From IMG/VR virus record IMGVR_UViG_3300017565_000015, positions 1 to 37,191 of that record: DNA of 37,191 bases; one strand, written 5' to 3'. Within the stretch, counting starts at the first letter, position 1, and every line of letters begins with the position of its first letter. The DNA is from a virus. Taxonomy: Duplodnaviria > Caudoviricetes. The notes below the pieces were generated by a model. The model had not been told where the DNA came from, did no database searches, and worked only from the letters and a program-made list of their open reading frames with translations. The position numbers were made by a program, and so were the translations under genes. Shown here piece by piece: positions 24,323 to 32,488 of this stretch.

Positions 24323-25013
24323 CGCCGCGCGCGTCTTGCCCGTGGCATGGGCTGCCCGGCTGATCGAGCGCATGCAGGCGCTGTACGGCGCCAAGTTCGC
24401 CCAGCAGTGGGACGGCATCGCGCCCGCCAGGCTCGCCGAAGTCTGGGCCGAGGAAATCGCCGGCTACAGCGCCGAGGAAATCCAGCGCGGCCTTGCGTCC
24501 TGCCGCGGCCGCACTTTCCCGCCCACGCTGCCCGAGTTCCTGGGCCTGTGCCGTCCGACGCTGAACCCGGAGACGGCCTACCACGAAGCCGTCGCAGGCA
24601 TGTCCGCCCGGGCCCGAGGCGAAATCGGCACCTGGACCCATCCCGGCGTCTTCTGGGCCGCAATGCGCGTAGGCCAGCACGACCTGCTGAACCAGGGCTG
24701 GCAGACCGTCCGAACCCGCTGGGAATTCGCCCTGCGCGACATCATGGCGCAAGGCCGCTGGGAACCCGTGCCAGAGCCGCAGCTTGCCCTGGCAGCCCCC
24801 GGCGGCACCATCCCCAGCCGCGAGGAAGCCCAGGCCTTCCTGCGCCAGATCAAGGCCAAGACCGGCGCCCGCCTCTTCGCCTCCATCGACGACCCCCGAG
24901 CATGGGCCCAGCGCATCGTCGCGCGTGCCGCAGAGGGCAAGGCCGTCACCCCCACCGTACTGCGCATGGCCAAGAACGCCATCGCCGAACCCACCGATTC
25001 GAGGGACGCATGA
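24300..25013 (+). CDS. Replication protein P-like helicase loader
   Basis: YGAKFAQQW...IQRGL..C...FPPTLPEFLGLCR; follows the initiator. Confidence 0.7.
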   Translation: MQLAHTTDAARVLPVAWAARLIERMQALYGAKFAQQWDGIAPARLAEVWAEEIAGYSAEEIQRGLASCRGRTFPPTLPEFLGLCRPTLNPETAYHEAVAGMSARARGEIGTWTHPGVFWAAMRVGQHDLLNQGWQTVRTRWEFALRDIMAQGRWEPVPEPQLALAAPGGTIPSREEAQAFLRQIKAKTGARLFASIDDPRAWAQRIVARAAEGKAVTPTVLRMAKNAIAEPTDSRDA

Positions 25014-25762
25014 ACGACACGATCCTGGCCGCACAGGCCGCACAGGCCGACATTGCACTGGACCCGCTGGCGGGTTGTCTCGGGGAAGCGAACGCCGCCG
25101 CCTTCCGGAAAGTCCAGGCTGACGTGCTTGCGTTTGGCACCGGTGGCATGATCATCGATGCCGACGGCAACGCGCAGGCACTGGGACCGGCGGACCTCTG
25201 CCCGCCTGCGCCCATCGCGCGCGCGCACGTTTCGCCGCCCCTGGGCCTGGAATCGACGCAGGCCGGCCTGTTCGCCCCTGAGGCGCCCGCCGCGTCGGTC
25301 AACGTCTGCATCCTGGCGCTGGACCTGGGCACGAAGACGGGCTACGCGGTGCGCAAGCGGGACGGCAAGGTCGTGCACGGCACGCAGAGCTTTGCGCCGC
25401 GCAAGTCGTGGACGGACGGGCAGCGCTGGCTGCGCTTCCAGGCCTGGCTGGCTGAGGTGCTGGATCTGCACCACGTCCAGCGCATCGCGTACGAGCATGT
25501 GAGCTTTCACGCGGGCGTCCGGGATGCGCACTGCTACGGCGCCTTCCGCGCGCTGGTGGAAATGGCCGCCGACCGCCGCAACATCGAGCTGGTCGGCACG
25601 AACGTGCAGACCGTCAAGCGCCATTGGACGGGGAAGGGCGGGGCGGACAAGGCCGCCATGATCGCCCAGGCCCGCGCCCGTGGATTCCGCCCGGAGACGG
25701 ACAACGACGCTGACGCCCTGGCCGTGCTGGACTGGGCCGTCGCACAGGAGCGCGCAGCATGA
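25010..25762 (+). CDS. RuvC-like Holliday junction resolvase with N-terminal extension
   Basis: ILALDLGTKTG, IAYE, TGKGGADK, DNDADALA. Confidence 0.8.
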   Translation: MNDTILAAQAAQADIALDPLAGCLGEANAAAFRKVQADVLAFGTGGMIIDADGNAQALGPADLCPPAPIARAHVSPPLGLESTQAGLFAPEAPAASVNVCILALDLGTKTGYAVRKRDGKVVHGTQSFAPRKSWTDGQRWLRFQAWLAEVLDLHHVQRIAYEHVSFHAGVRDAHCYGAFRALVEMAADRRNIELVGTNVQTVKRHWTGKGGADKAAMIAQARARGFRPETDNDADALAVLDWAVAQERAA

Positions 25763-26133
25763 TCAAACGTCTGAAACTGGCCTTGAAGGTTGCCGCTTAC
25801 ATCCTGCGCAACGGTGCCGATGGCGCAGACGCGCCCGCTATGGCCGTGTTCCGAAATCGGTCAGCGGGCGGCGCCTGGTCCGCTTGGTCGAGCGATCCGC
25901 GATCATTGCCCGTGCTGCCCCAGCCCGAGTACGAAACGCGAGAGCTGTTCGTCCTGCCTCCCCGCGGCGTTGTGTCGGTCGTTGGCCGCGTCGTTGACGG
26001 CGCCGCCAGGCTGAACAAGCACGGCAAGGAGCTTCCCTCTGGGACCGCGCTCTTCGGCACGCCTTACCCGGCGACGCGCGATGAGAAGGAAACCCACGAC
26101 TTCATGGAATCCAAGACCAAGGGGGCAGCATGA
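25759..26133 (+). CDS. Hypothetical protein
   Basis: ATGA-coupled at both ends. Confidence 0.55.
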   Translation: MIKRLKLALKVAAYILRNGADGADAPAMAVFRNRSAGGAWSAWSSDPRSLPVLPQPEYETRELFVLPPRGVVSVVGRVVDGAARLNKHGKELPSGTALFGTPYPATRDEKETHDFMESKTKGAA

Positions 26134-26501
26134 GCCGCACCCCCGAGCAGGTTAAGCAGGCCAGCAAGGCCCGCAACCAGGCCTCCACGAAGCTGCGCCG
26201 CATGGGCTACCGCTTCGCCAAGCAGTCCGCAACCGAGGCCGAAGCGGTGGCCGCCATCCACCGCATGACCGGCTGGCCGCTGCCCGAGCGCGGCGACGCC
26301 ATCGAGTACCTGCAACGATTCGCCAGCATGCCCGAGGGCGAGCCCGCACCCGGGCGCGAGTTCAAGCCGCTGCACGCGGAGCCGTACCGCCTGGACCGGT
26401 GGCTACGCTACGCCGCTGCCCGCGCCGCACAGGTCCAGTGCCCGCTGGTCCACGCGGTCAGTGCCGTCGACAACTGGCGGCGCCTGGAGGTTGACGCATG
26501 A
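26130..26501 (+). CDS. Hypothetical protein
   Basis: ATGA-coupled at both ends. Confidence 0.55.
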   Translation: MSRTPEQVKQASKARNQASTKLRRMGYRFAKQSATEAEAVAAIHRMTGWPLPERGDAIEYLQRFASMPEGEPAPGREFKPLHAEPYRLDRWLRYAAARAAQVQCPLVHAVSAVDNWRRLEVDA

Positions 26502-26767
26502 CGCCCATCACGCCCGCCCCGCCCATCGACTGGAATCGCGTGTTCCTGACCCTCCGCAGCGAGGGCTATACGCTGCACGACGTCGCCGCATACACCCGCA
26601 TCCCCAGGGGAACGATGATGGGGTGGATGCGAGGCGCCGAGCCCCGCCACCAGGACGGCGAGACGATCATCAAGTTCTGGACCGAGGCCACCCAGCAGCC
26701 CCGCGAAGCACTGCCGGAGCGCAGCCCCGTGGCCTTTGCCAGCCGCCTGGCCGAGGCCCGAGTCTAA
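26498..26767 (+). CDS. Small HTH protein, candidate late-gene activator
   Basis: GYTLHDVAAYTRIPRGTMMGWMRGAEP XRE-like HTH; last early gene; its stop abuts the late promoter motif. Confidence 0.7.
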   Translation: MTPITPAPPIDWNRVFLTLRSEGYTLHDVAAYTRIPRGTMMGWMRGAEPRHQDGETIIKFWTEATQQPREALPERSPVAFASRLAEARV

Positions 26768-26803
26768 AAAGTCGGGATTCCGACCAGCGCACAGAACCAC
26801 AAT
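26766..26803 (+). promoter_or_regulatory. Putative late promoter ahead of the head genes
   Basis: AAAAAGTCGGGATTCCGAC + 13 nt + CACAAT. Confidence 0.75.
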
Positions 26804-26836
26804 CGGCTCCGATCTTCCCCCAAGACGGAGCCGAGC

Positions 26837-27139
26837 ATGTCCAAGCGCACCCACAACGTTCAAACCCCGGGCGAAGTGCCCACGACCACGCAGGACGACG
26901 AGTCCAGCGCCACCGGCGCGACGCAGCCCGGCGACGATCAAACCCCCGCCGCGGCTACCGCGCCCGCTGAACCGGCCGCTACGCCAGCCGCAGAGCAGCC
27001 CAAGGCCGCGCCGCGCGGCAAGGCGCCCAAGACGCGCGCCGAGTACGCCACGACGCCGGCCGCCGACATCGACCCCGCCGCGATTACCGCGCCCGTGCTG
27101 TCCCGCGACGGCTGGGTGATCCCGCTGCCCAAGGTCTGA
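26837..27139 (+). CDS. Hypothetical late protein
   Basis: GGAG RBS; low-complexity; C-terminal PVLSRDGWVIP. Confidence 0.65.
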   Translation: MSKRTHNVQTPGEVPTTTQDDESSATGATQPGDDQTPAAATAPAEPAATPAAEQPKAAPRGKAPKTRAEYATTPAADIDPAAITAPVLSRDGWVIPLPKV

Positions 27140-27141
27140 TC

Positions 27142-27486
27142 ATGGGCAAGGTCATCAAGAAGGTCGCCAAGGTCGTCAACAAGATCGACCCCATCGGCCG
27201 CCAAGTGGACAAGCAGCTCAACAAGGCCGGCCTGCCCACTGCGAGCGACGTGGGCGACATGCTTGGCGGCGCCGACCCGGTGGAGTCCACCGCAGGCGCC
27301 GGCACGGCCTCGGCCGAGGAACAGCGCCTGAAGGACGAGCAGGACGCAGCAGCGCTGGCCAACCGGGCCACGGCCGAGCGCGCCAAGCAACGCCGGGCCG
27401 GCAGTCTGCTGGCATCAGGCGCATCTGGAGGCAATGGCCAGACCTCTTCCGTGCTGGCCTACGGCAAACGCACCTTCGGGGAGTAG
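27142..27486 (+). CDS. Small virion/assembly protein preceding the portal (T7 gp7.3 position)
   Basis: MGKVIKKVAK...RRAGSLLASG; position. Confidence 0.6.
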   Translation: MGKVIKKVAKVVNKIDPIGRQVDKQLNKAGLPTASDVGDMLGGADPVESTAGAGTASAEEQRLKDEQDAAALANRATAERAKQRRAGSLLASGASGGNGQTSSVLAYGKRTFGE

Positions 27487-27492
27487 CCCACC

Positions 27493-29121
27493 GTGGCAGA
27501 AGATCAGCTCGCGTGCGACGTTATCCGCCGTCTCGGCACCCTCAAGGGCTTGCGCGCACCGCACGAAGACATCTGGCGGGAGTGCTTCGACCTGTCATTC
27601 CCGATCCGATCCCAGGGCTTCAACGGGGACACGGAAGACATCCAGAGCGTGGCGGGCAAGCGGGCCCGCCTTTGTGATTCCACGTCCACCGACGCGGGCC
27701 GCATCCTGGCGTCCGGGATCCAGAGCGGCATGACGCCGGCGAACTCGCGTTGGTTCGGCATGACGGTCTGGGACGAGACGGACGAGGAACGGCGCTGGCT
27801 GGACGAGTCGGCAGAGCGCCTGTGGGAAAGCATCCACGCCAGCAACTTCGACGCCGACGCCTTCGAATCCCAGCTGGACATCGTGGGCGCCGGCTGGTTC
27901 GTCCTGTTCATCGACAACCAGAAGGACGACGACGGGTCGGTGACGGGCCTGCGCTTCGAGCAGTGGCCGATATCCGGCTGCTACTGCGCGGCATCCAAGC
28001 CTGGCGGCGAAATCGACACGATCTACCGCCCGTACCAGCTGACCGTAGAGCAGTGCGTGAGCGAATTCGGCCTGGCCAAGTGCAGCGAGAAGGTGCGCCG
28101 CCTGTACATCGAAGGCAAGTACGACGAGCTGATCAACATCGTGCACGCCATCTACCCGCGCCGGGTTTCGGTGGTCAACGCCAAGCGCGCGAAGAACCTG
28201 CCCTATGCGTCCGTGCACGTCGACTGCGACGACAAGGCGGTGCTGCGCGAATCCGGCTACCACGAGAAGCCCTTCGCGGCGCCGCGCTGGACGGTCATCC
28301 CGAAGTCGGTCTACGCGGTCGGCCCCATGTTCGACGCACTGCCCGATATCCGCACGCTCAACCAGATGAGCCAAACCGAGCTGATCAACGGCGACCTGGC
28401 CACGGCGGGCATGTGGATCGCCGAGGACGACGGCGTGCTGAACCCGCGCACGGTCAAGGTCGGACCGCGCAAGATCATCGTGGCGAACAGCGTGGATTCG
28501 ATGAAGGAACTGAAATCCGGCTCGGACTTCAGCTACTCGTTCACGAAGCGCGCCGAGCTGACCGCCGCAATCCGCAAGCTCCTGATGGCCGACCAGCTGC
28601 AGCCGCAGGACGGCCCGGCCATGACCGCGACGGAAGTGCATGTGCGGGTGCAACTGATCCGCCAGCTGCTGGGGCCCGTCTATGGCCGCCTGCAAGCCGA
28701 ATACCTCAAGCCGCTGATTCAGCGCTGTTTCGGCCTGGCCTTCCGCGCCGGCCTGTTCGATACGCCGCCCGAGTCCCTGGGTGGCCGCACCTACACGATC
28801 ACCTACATGTCGCCCATGGCCAAGAGCCAGAAGCTGGAAGAGGTGAGCGCGACGGAAAGCACCCTGGCATCGGTCGCAGCCGTGGCCGAGGCCAAACAGG
28901 ATCCGACCGTGTGGGACAACATCAATTCCGACGAGGCCGTGCGCGTCATCGTCGAGGGCCGCGGCGCGCCCGCCAAGATCGGCAACACAGCCGAGGAAGT
29001 GGCCGCCATCCGCAAGCGCCGCGCTGAACAGCAGGCTGCCGAGCAGGAGCAGGCCCAGCAGCAACAGATTGCCCAGGTGGCCGGCGAGGCCGCTGCAACC
29101 CGCATGGCCGAGGCCGCATGA
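27493..29121 (+). CDS. Portal (head-tail connector), T7 gp8-like
   Basis: PANSRWF, PRW...YAVGP..DALPDIRTLN, MTATEV..R, LGPVYGRLQAEYL. Confidence 0.93.
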   Translation: MAEDQLACDVIRRLGTLKGLRAPHEDIWRECFDLSFPIRSQGFNGDTEDIQSVAGKRARLCDSTSTDAGRILASGIQSGMTPANSRWFGMTVWDETDEERRWLDESAERLWESIHASNFDADAFESQLDIVGAGWFVLFIDNQKDDDGSVTGLRFEQWPISGCYCAASKPGGEIDTIYRPYQLTVEQCVSEFGLAKCSEKVRRLYIEGKYDELINIVHAIYPRRVSVVNAKRAKNLPYASVHVDCDDKAVLRESGYHEKPFAAPRWTVIPKSVYAVGPMFDALPDIRTLNQMSQTELINGDLATAGMWIAEDDGVLNPRTVKVGPRKIIVANSVDSMKELKSGSDFSYSFTKRAELTAAIRKLLMADQLQPQDGPAMTATEVHVRVQLIRQLLGPVYGRLQAEYLKPLIQRCFGLAFRAGLFDTPPESLGGRTYTITYMSPMAKSQKLEEVSATESTLASVAAVAEAKQDPTVWDNINSDEAVRVIVEGRGAPAKIGNTAEEVAAIRKRRAEQQAAEQEQAQQQQIAQVAGEAAATRMAEAA

Positions 29122-29354
29122 GCGAAATCACCCCCGCCGTTTACAAGGCGATCTTCGAAGACGACCGGCGCGGCGCCGCCATTCTGGAAGACCTGATCCA
29201 GCGATTCGCGCGGCCCGCCGTCACCACGGGCGGCATCGACGCAATCCTGAAGACCTACCAGCGCGACGGCATGCGCAGCGTGGTCGAGCACATCACGAAC
29301 CAGATCAACCGGGCGAACGGCGTCCCGGACCCGAACGCCGACCAAGGAGAGTGA
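29118..29354 (+). CDS. Small conserved protein after the portal (Bbp19-like)
   Basis: YKAIFE...GAAILEDL..RF...RDGMRSVVEHI. Confidence 0.7.
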   Translation: MSEITPAVYKAIFEDDRRGAAILEDLIQRFARPAVTTGGIDAILKTYQRDGMRSVVEHITNQINRANGVPDPNADQGE

Positions 29355-29357
29355 CCA

Positions 29358-30260
29358 ATGTGGAAAAAGCGCTTCCCCCTCATGAACGAAGCGGGCACCG
29401 CGGACGCTGGTGGCAGCGGTGGTGGCGATCCCGGGGCCGGTGGCTCCGCCGTCAATGACCAGCCCGCTGGAGGCGATGCAGCCCCCGCCAGCACCACGCC
29501 GCCGGCCGCCGCCGCGCCTGCAGCGCAACCGTCGAATCTGCTGAAGCAGGGCGTTGAAGAACCCACGCCGACCGAATTCATCCCCGAGAAATACCGCGTC
29601 ACGAAGGACGACGGCACGCTGGATATCGAAGCATCCGCGCGCAAGCTGGCCGAAGCTCACGGCAGCCTGGAAAAGCGCCTCGGCAGCGGCGACGCACCGC
29701 CCAAGGCCCACACCGATTACGTGATCACGCCGCCGGAGGACATGAAGGATCTGGACTTCTCCGACGACGCGGAGATGCAGGGCTTCTTGAGCGAAGCCCA
29801 CAAGGCAGGCTTCAGCCAGAAGCAGATCGACGTTGCGCTGGCCAGCTACTTCAAGATGGCCCCGCTGCTCGCGGGCGCTGGCGCTGAAGCCACGGCCGAA
29901 GCCGCAGAAACGGCGCTCAAGCAGGTCTGGACCACCGACGCCGACTTCAAGCGCAATGCCGGCCTGGCGCACGTCGCCACCGCCGCGGCTGCTGAGAAGG
30001 CTGGGATCTCGATGGACCAGGCTTACGCCGAGCTGGGCAACAACCCCACCTTCCTGCGCTTGATGGCCGCCCTTGGCCCCGAGTTCCAGGAAGACAGCAC
30101 GCCGGGCGCGGCCAGCTTCAAGGCGGTCACGGAAGACGACATCCGCACCATGGAAATGTCCGATGCCTACCGCGACCCGAAGCACAAGGACCATGAGCGC
30201 GTCAGCGCCACGGTCAAGAAGTTCTACGACCGACGCTACGGCACCGAAGCCGCCGCGTAA
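29358..30260 (+). CDS. Capsid scaffolding protein
   Basis: Acidic; IPEKY; C-terminal SDAYRDPKHKDH; lies between portal and capsid. Confidence 0.8.
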   Translation: MWKKRFPLMNEAGTADAGGSGGGDPGAGGSAVNDQPAGGDAAPASTTPPAAAAPAAQPSNLLKQGVEEPTPTEFIPEKYRVTKDDGTLDIEASARKLAEAHGSLEKRLGSGDAPPKAHTDYVITPPEDMKDLDFSDDAEMQGFLSEAHKAGFSQKQIDVALASYFKMAPLLAGAGAEATAEAAETALKQVWTTDADFKRNAGLAHVATAAAAEKAGISMDQAYAELGNNPTFLRLMAALGPEFQEDSTPGAASFKAVTEDDIRTMEMSDAYRDPKHKDHERVSATVKKFYDRRYGTEAAA

Positions 30261-30270
30261 TACACCCCTC

Positions 30271-30308
30271 AAAAAGTCGGGATTCCGACACCCCCCCAGC
30301 GCGACCAT
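30271..30308 (+). promoter_or_regulatory. Putative late promoter ahead of the capsid gene
   Basis: AAAAAGTCGGGATTCCGAC + 13 nt + GACCAT. Confidence 0.75.
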
Positions 30309-30321
30309 TGCGGGCAATTCA

Positions 30322-30418
30322 CCGGCCTGCAATGGCGCGCAGATACCCGGAATAGCCCTCCCAGTGGTGCGGTAGCCGGTACCAGTGGGCGAACTCCGGG
30401 CCCGTTCGCGGACACCCC
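30322..30418 (+). ncRNA. Structured capsid 5' leader with two similar bulged hairpins
   Basis: CCGG-C-CTGC..GCAG-ATAC-CCGG and GGG-C-CCG(TTCG)CGG-ACAC-CCC. Confidence 0.45.
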
Positions 30419-30460
30419 GCAAGGCGAATCGAGCAGATCAATTCACCTTCGGAGCAATCC

Positions 30461-31327
30461 ATGTCGAACACCATCACCCAAGCATTCGTCAAGCAGTGGG
30501 ACACCTCGATCCGACTGCAAGCCCAGCAGAAGGAAAGCCGCATCGCCGGCAACGTCTTTGACCGCGGCACGATCACGGGCGAGTCCTTCACGGCCAACCG
30601 TCTGGCGCCGCTGGAAGACACCCCCGAAAACACCGTGCGCCATGGCGATACCACCTGGTCTGAAGCCGAGCATTCGACCCGCGTGGCCATCATGCGCGAT
30701 TTCTACCAGGCCCTGCCGGTGGACCGCAACGACGAGCCCAAGCTGTTGGCCAACCCGCTGAGCGGCAGCTACAACGAATCGCTGCAGGCCGCCCACAACC
30801 GCCGCAAGGACAGCATCACGTTCGACGCGCTGCTGGGCAACTCGCAGACCAAGGATGGCGGTGTCATCGCACTGCCTTCGTCGCAGATCATCACGGCCAG
30901 CGCCACCGGCTTCACCAAGGCCAAGCTGATCGCTGCCCGCAAGATGTTCCGCAAGAACGAGGCCGACGAGCACAACGGCGAAGAGCTGCACATCGCCTAC
31001 AACGCCGACATGCTGGAAGACATTCTGTCCGACACCACGCTGACGAGCGCGGACTTCATGGCCGTGAAGATGCTGCAAGACGGCGACTTGTCGGGGCGGT
31101 GGATGGGCTTCAAGTGGGAGCCGTACGAGCGCGTCAAGATCAACGGCAGCACCGCGACGACCGCCGCCTGGGCCAAGTCGGCCGTGCACTTCGGCACCGG
31201 CTTTGTCGAGGGCAAGGCTTCCCGTCGCGCCGACAAGAAGGACCTGATGCAGGTGTCCATGGCCGCATCCCACGGCGCTGTCCGCGTCTGGGAAATCGGC
31301 GTCGTGGCCATCGAATTCACCTTCTAA
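30461..31327 (+). CDS. Major capsid protein
   Basis: ITQAFVKQW...LQAQQKESR, HNRRKD, GRWMGFKW, GAVRVWE.GVV; GGAG RBS. Confidence 0.9.
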   Translation: MSNTITQAFVKQWDTSIRLQAQQKESRIAGNVFDRGTITGESFTANRLAPLEDTPENTVRHGDTTWSEAEHSTRVAIMRDFYQALPVDRNDEPKLLANPLSGSYNESLQAAHNRRKDSITFDALLGNSQTKDGGVIALPSSQIITASATGFTKAKLIAARKMFRKNEADEHNGEELHIAYNADMLEDILSDTTLTSADFMAVKMLQDGDLSGRWMGFKWEPYERVKINGSTATTAAWAKSAVHFGTGFVEGKASRRADKKDLMQVSMAASHGAVRVWEIGVVAIEFTF

Positions 31328-31363
31328 GCCCCGCCACCCCTTTCAAGACTTCAGGAGAACACC

Positions 31364-31822
31364 ATGGCAGAAGTTAACAGCGTGCAGGGCGCCAAGATCG
31401 TCGCGGGTCAGAAGTTGCTGCCCGCCGAATCCCACGGCCGCCAGCGCATTCTGATCGCAACGCTTCCGGCGACGCATGCCGCGTATGCGATCAACGACAC
31501 GATCTTTCTGGGCCGCGTGCCCGCCAATACCCGCTTCCTGACCGGTGCGGTGATCAGCGTGGGCGGCAGCGGTACGGCCAGCTCCACGGTGGACATCGGC
31601 ACGCGCAACACGGTCACCCAGGCGGTGGTCGATGCTGACGGCATCACCGTTGGCGCGGACATTTCGGCCGCCGGCAAGATCGTCGCCGATACGGGCGCGT
31701 TCATCGCCGCGGCGGCGGACGTGCTGACCGCGACCGAAGTGGACGTCTACGCCACGGTCAAGGGCGCGGTGCTGGCGGCCAACCAGCAAATGCGCTTCGA
31801 GATCCCGTACGTCACGGACTGA
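31364..31822 (+). CDS. Capsid decoration/cement protein
   Basis: AGGAG RBS; beta-rich, 152 aa; directly after the capsid gene and before a terminator. Confidence 0.65.
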   Translation: MAEVNSVQGAKIVAGQKLLPAESHGRQRILIATLPATHAAYAINDTIFLGRVPANTRFLTGAVISVGGSGTASSTVDIGTRNTVTQAVVDADGITVGADISAAGKIVADTGAFIAAAADVLTATEVDVYATVKGAVLAANQQMRFEIPYVTD

Positions 31823-31863
31823 TCGCACAGATGGTCATCTCCCCTGGCATCCAGGTGGAATTC

Positions 31864-31893
31864 GCCGGGGGCTTGTCCCCCGGTTTTTTGTTT
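31864..31893 (+). terminator. Rho-independent terminator after the capsid genes
   Basis: GCCGGGGG-CTTGT-CCCCCGGT followed by a T tract. Confidence 0.85.
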
Positions 31894-31906
31894 CAGGTGC
31901 CCGAAA

Positions 31907-32488
31907 ATGTCGTCAGCTAACCCCGTTTCCATCTGCTCCAACGCGCTGCTGCGCCTGGGCGGCAAGGCAATCGCCAGCTTCGAAGAACCCAGCACGCAGG
32001 CCGGCCAGTGCGCCAACCTCTGGCCGACCGTGCGCAACAAGCTGCTGCGTGCCCACCCGTGGAACTGCGCGACCAAGCGCGTGATTCTGGCGCCCATGGC
32101 AGAGGCGCCCGCCTTCGACTTCCAGTATCAGTTCCAGCTGCCCAGCGACTGGCTGCGCACGCTGCAGGTCGGAAAGAAGGATTGCCCGATCCAGTTCCGG
32201 CAGGAAGGCCGGCGTATCCTGGCCAACGTCACGCAGCTGCCGCTGGTCTATATCTGGCTGAACGACAACCCCGGCACCTGGGACGATGCTCTGGTTGATG
32301 TGGCCGAGCTCAAGATGATGGCGGTTCTGGCCTACCCGGTCACCGCGTCGACGACCCTGCGCGATACCTGCTTCCAGGAGGCGGCGATGGCCGAGAAGAT
32401 GGCCAAGGCGGTCGATGGCCAGGACGAGCCCCCCGAAGAGCTGGGCGGATCCGAACTGCTTGAGGCGCGCTTGGGCGGGAGGTGGTAA
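31907..32488 (+). CDS. Tail tubular protein A/adaptor (T7 gp11-like)
   Basis: ICSNALLRLG, HPWNCA, FQLPSDWLR. Confidence 0.85.
   Translation: MSSANPVSICSNALLRLGGKAIASFEEPSTQAGQCANLWPTVRNKLLRAHPWNCATKRVILAPMAEAPAFDFQYQFQLPSDWLRTLQVGKKDCPIQFRQEGRRILANVTQLPLVYIWLNDNPGTWDDALVDVAELKMMAVLAYPVTASTTLRDTCFQEAAMAEKMAKAVDGQDEPPEELGGSELLEARLGGRW

Noticed and set aside
30440-31324. 11-bp repeat AATTCACCTTC flanking the capsid gene, and a possible T7 10B-like frameshift
   Set aside because: A single 11-mer pair may be chance; no clear slippery heptamer, and the next gene has its own strong RBS
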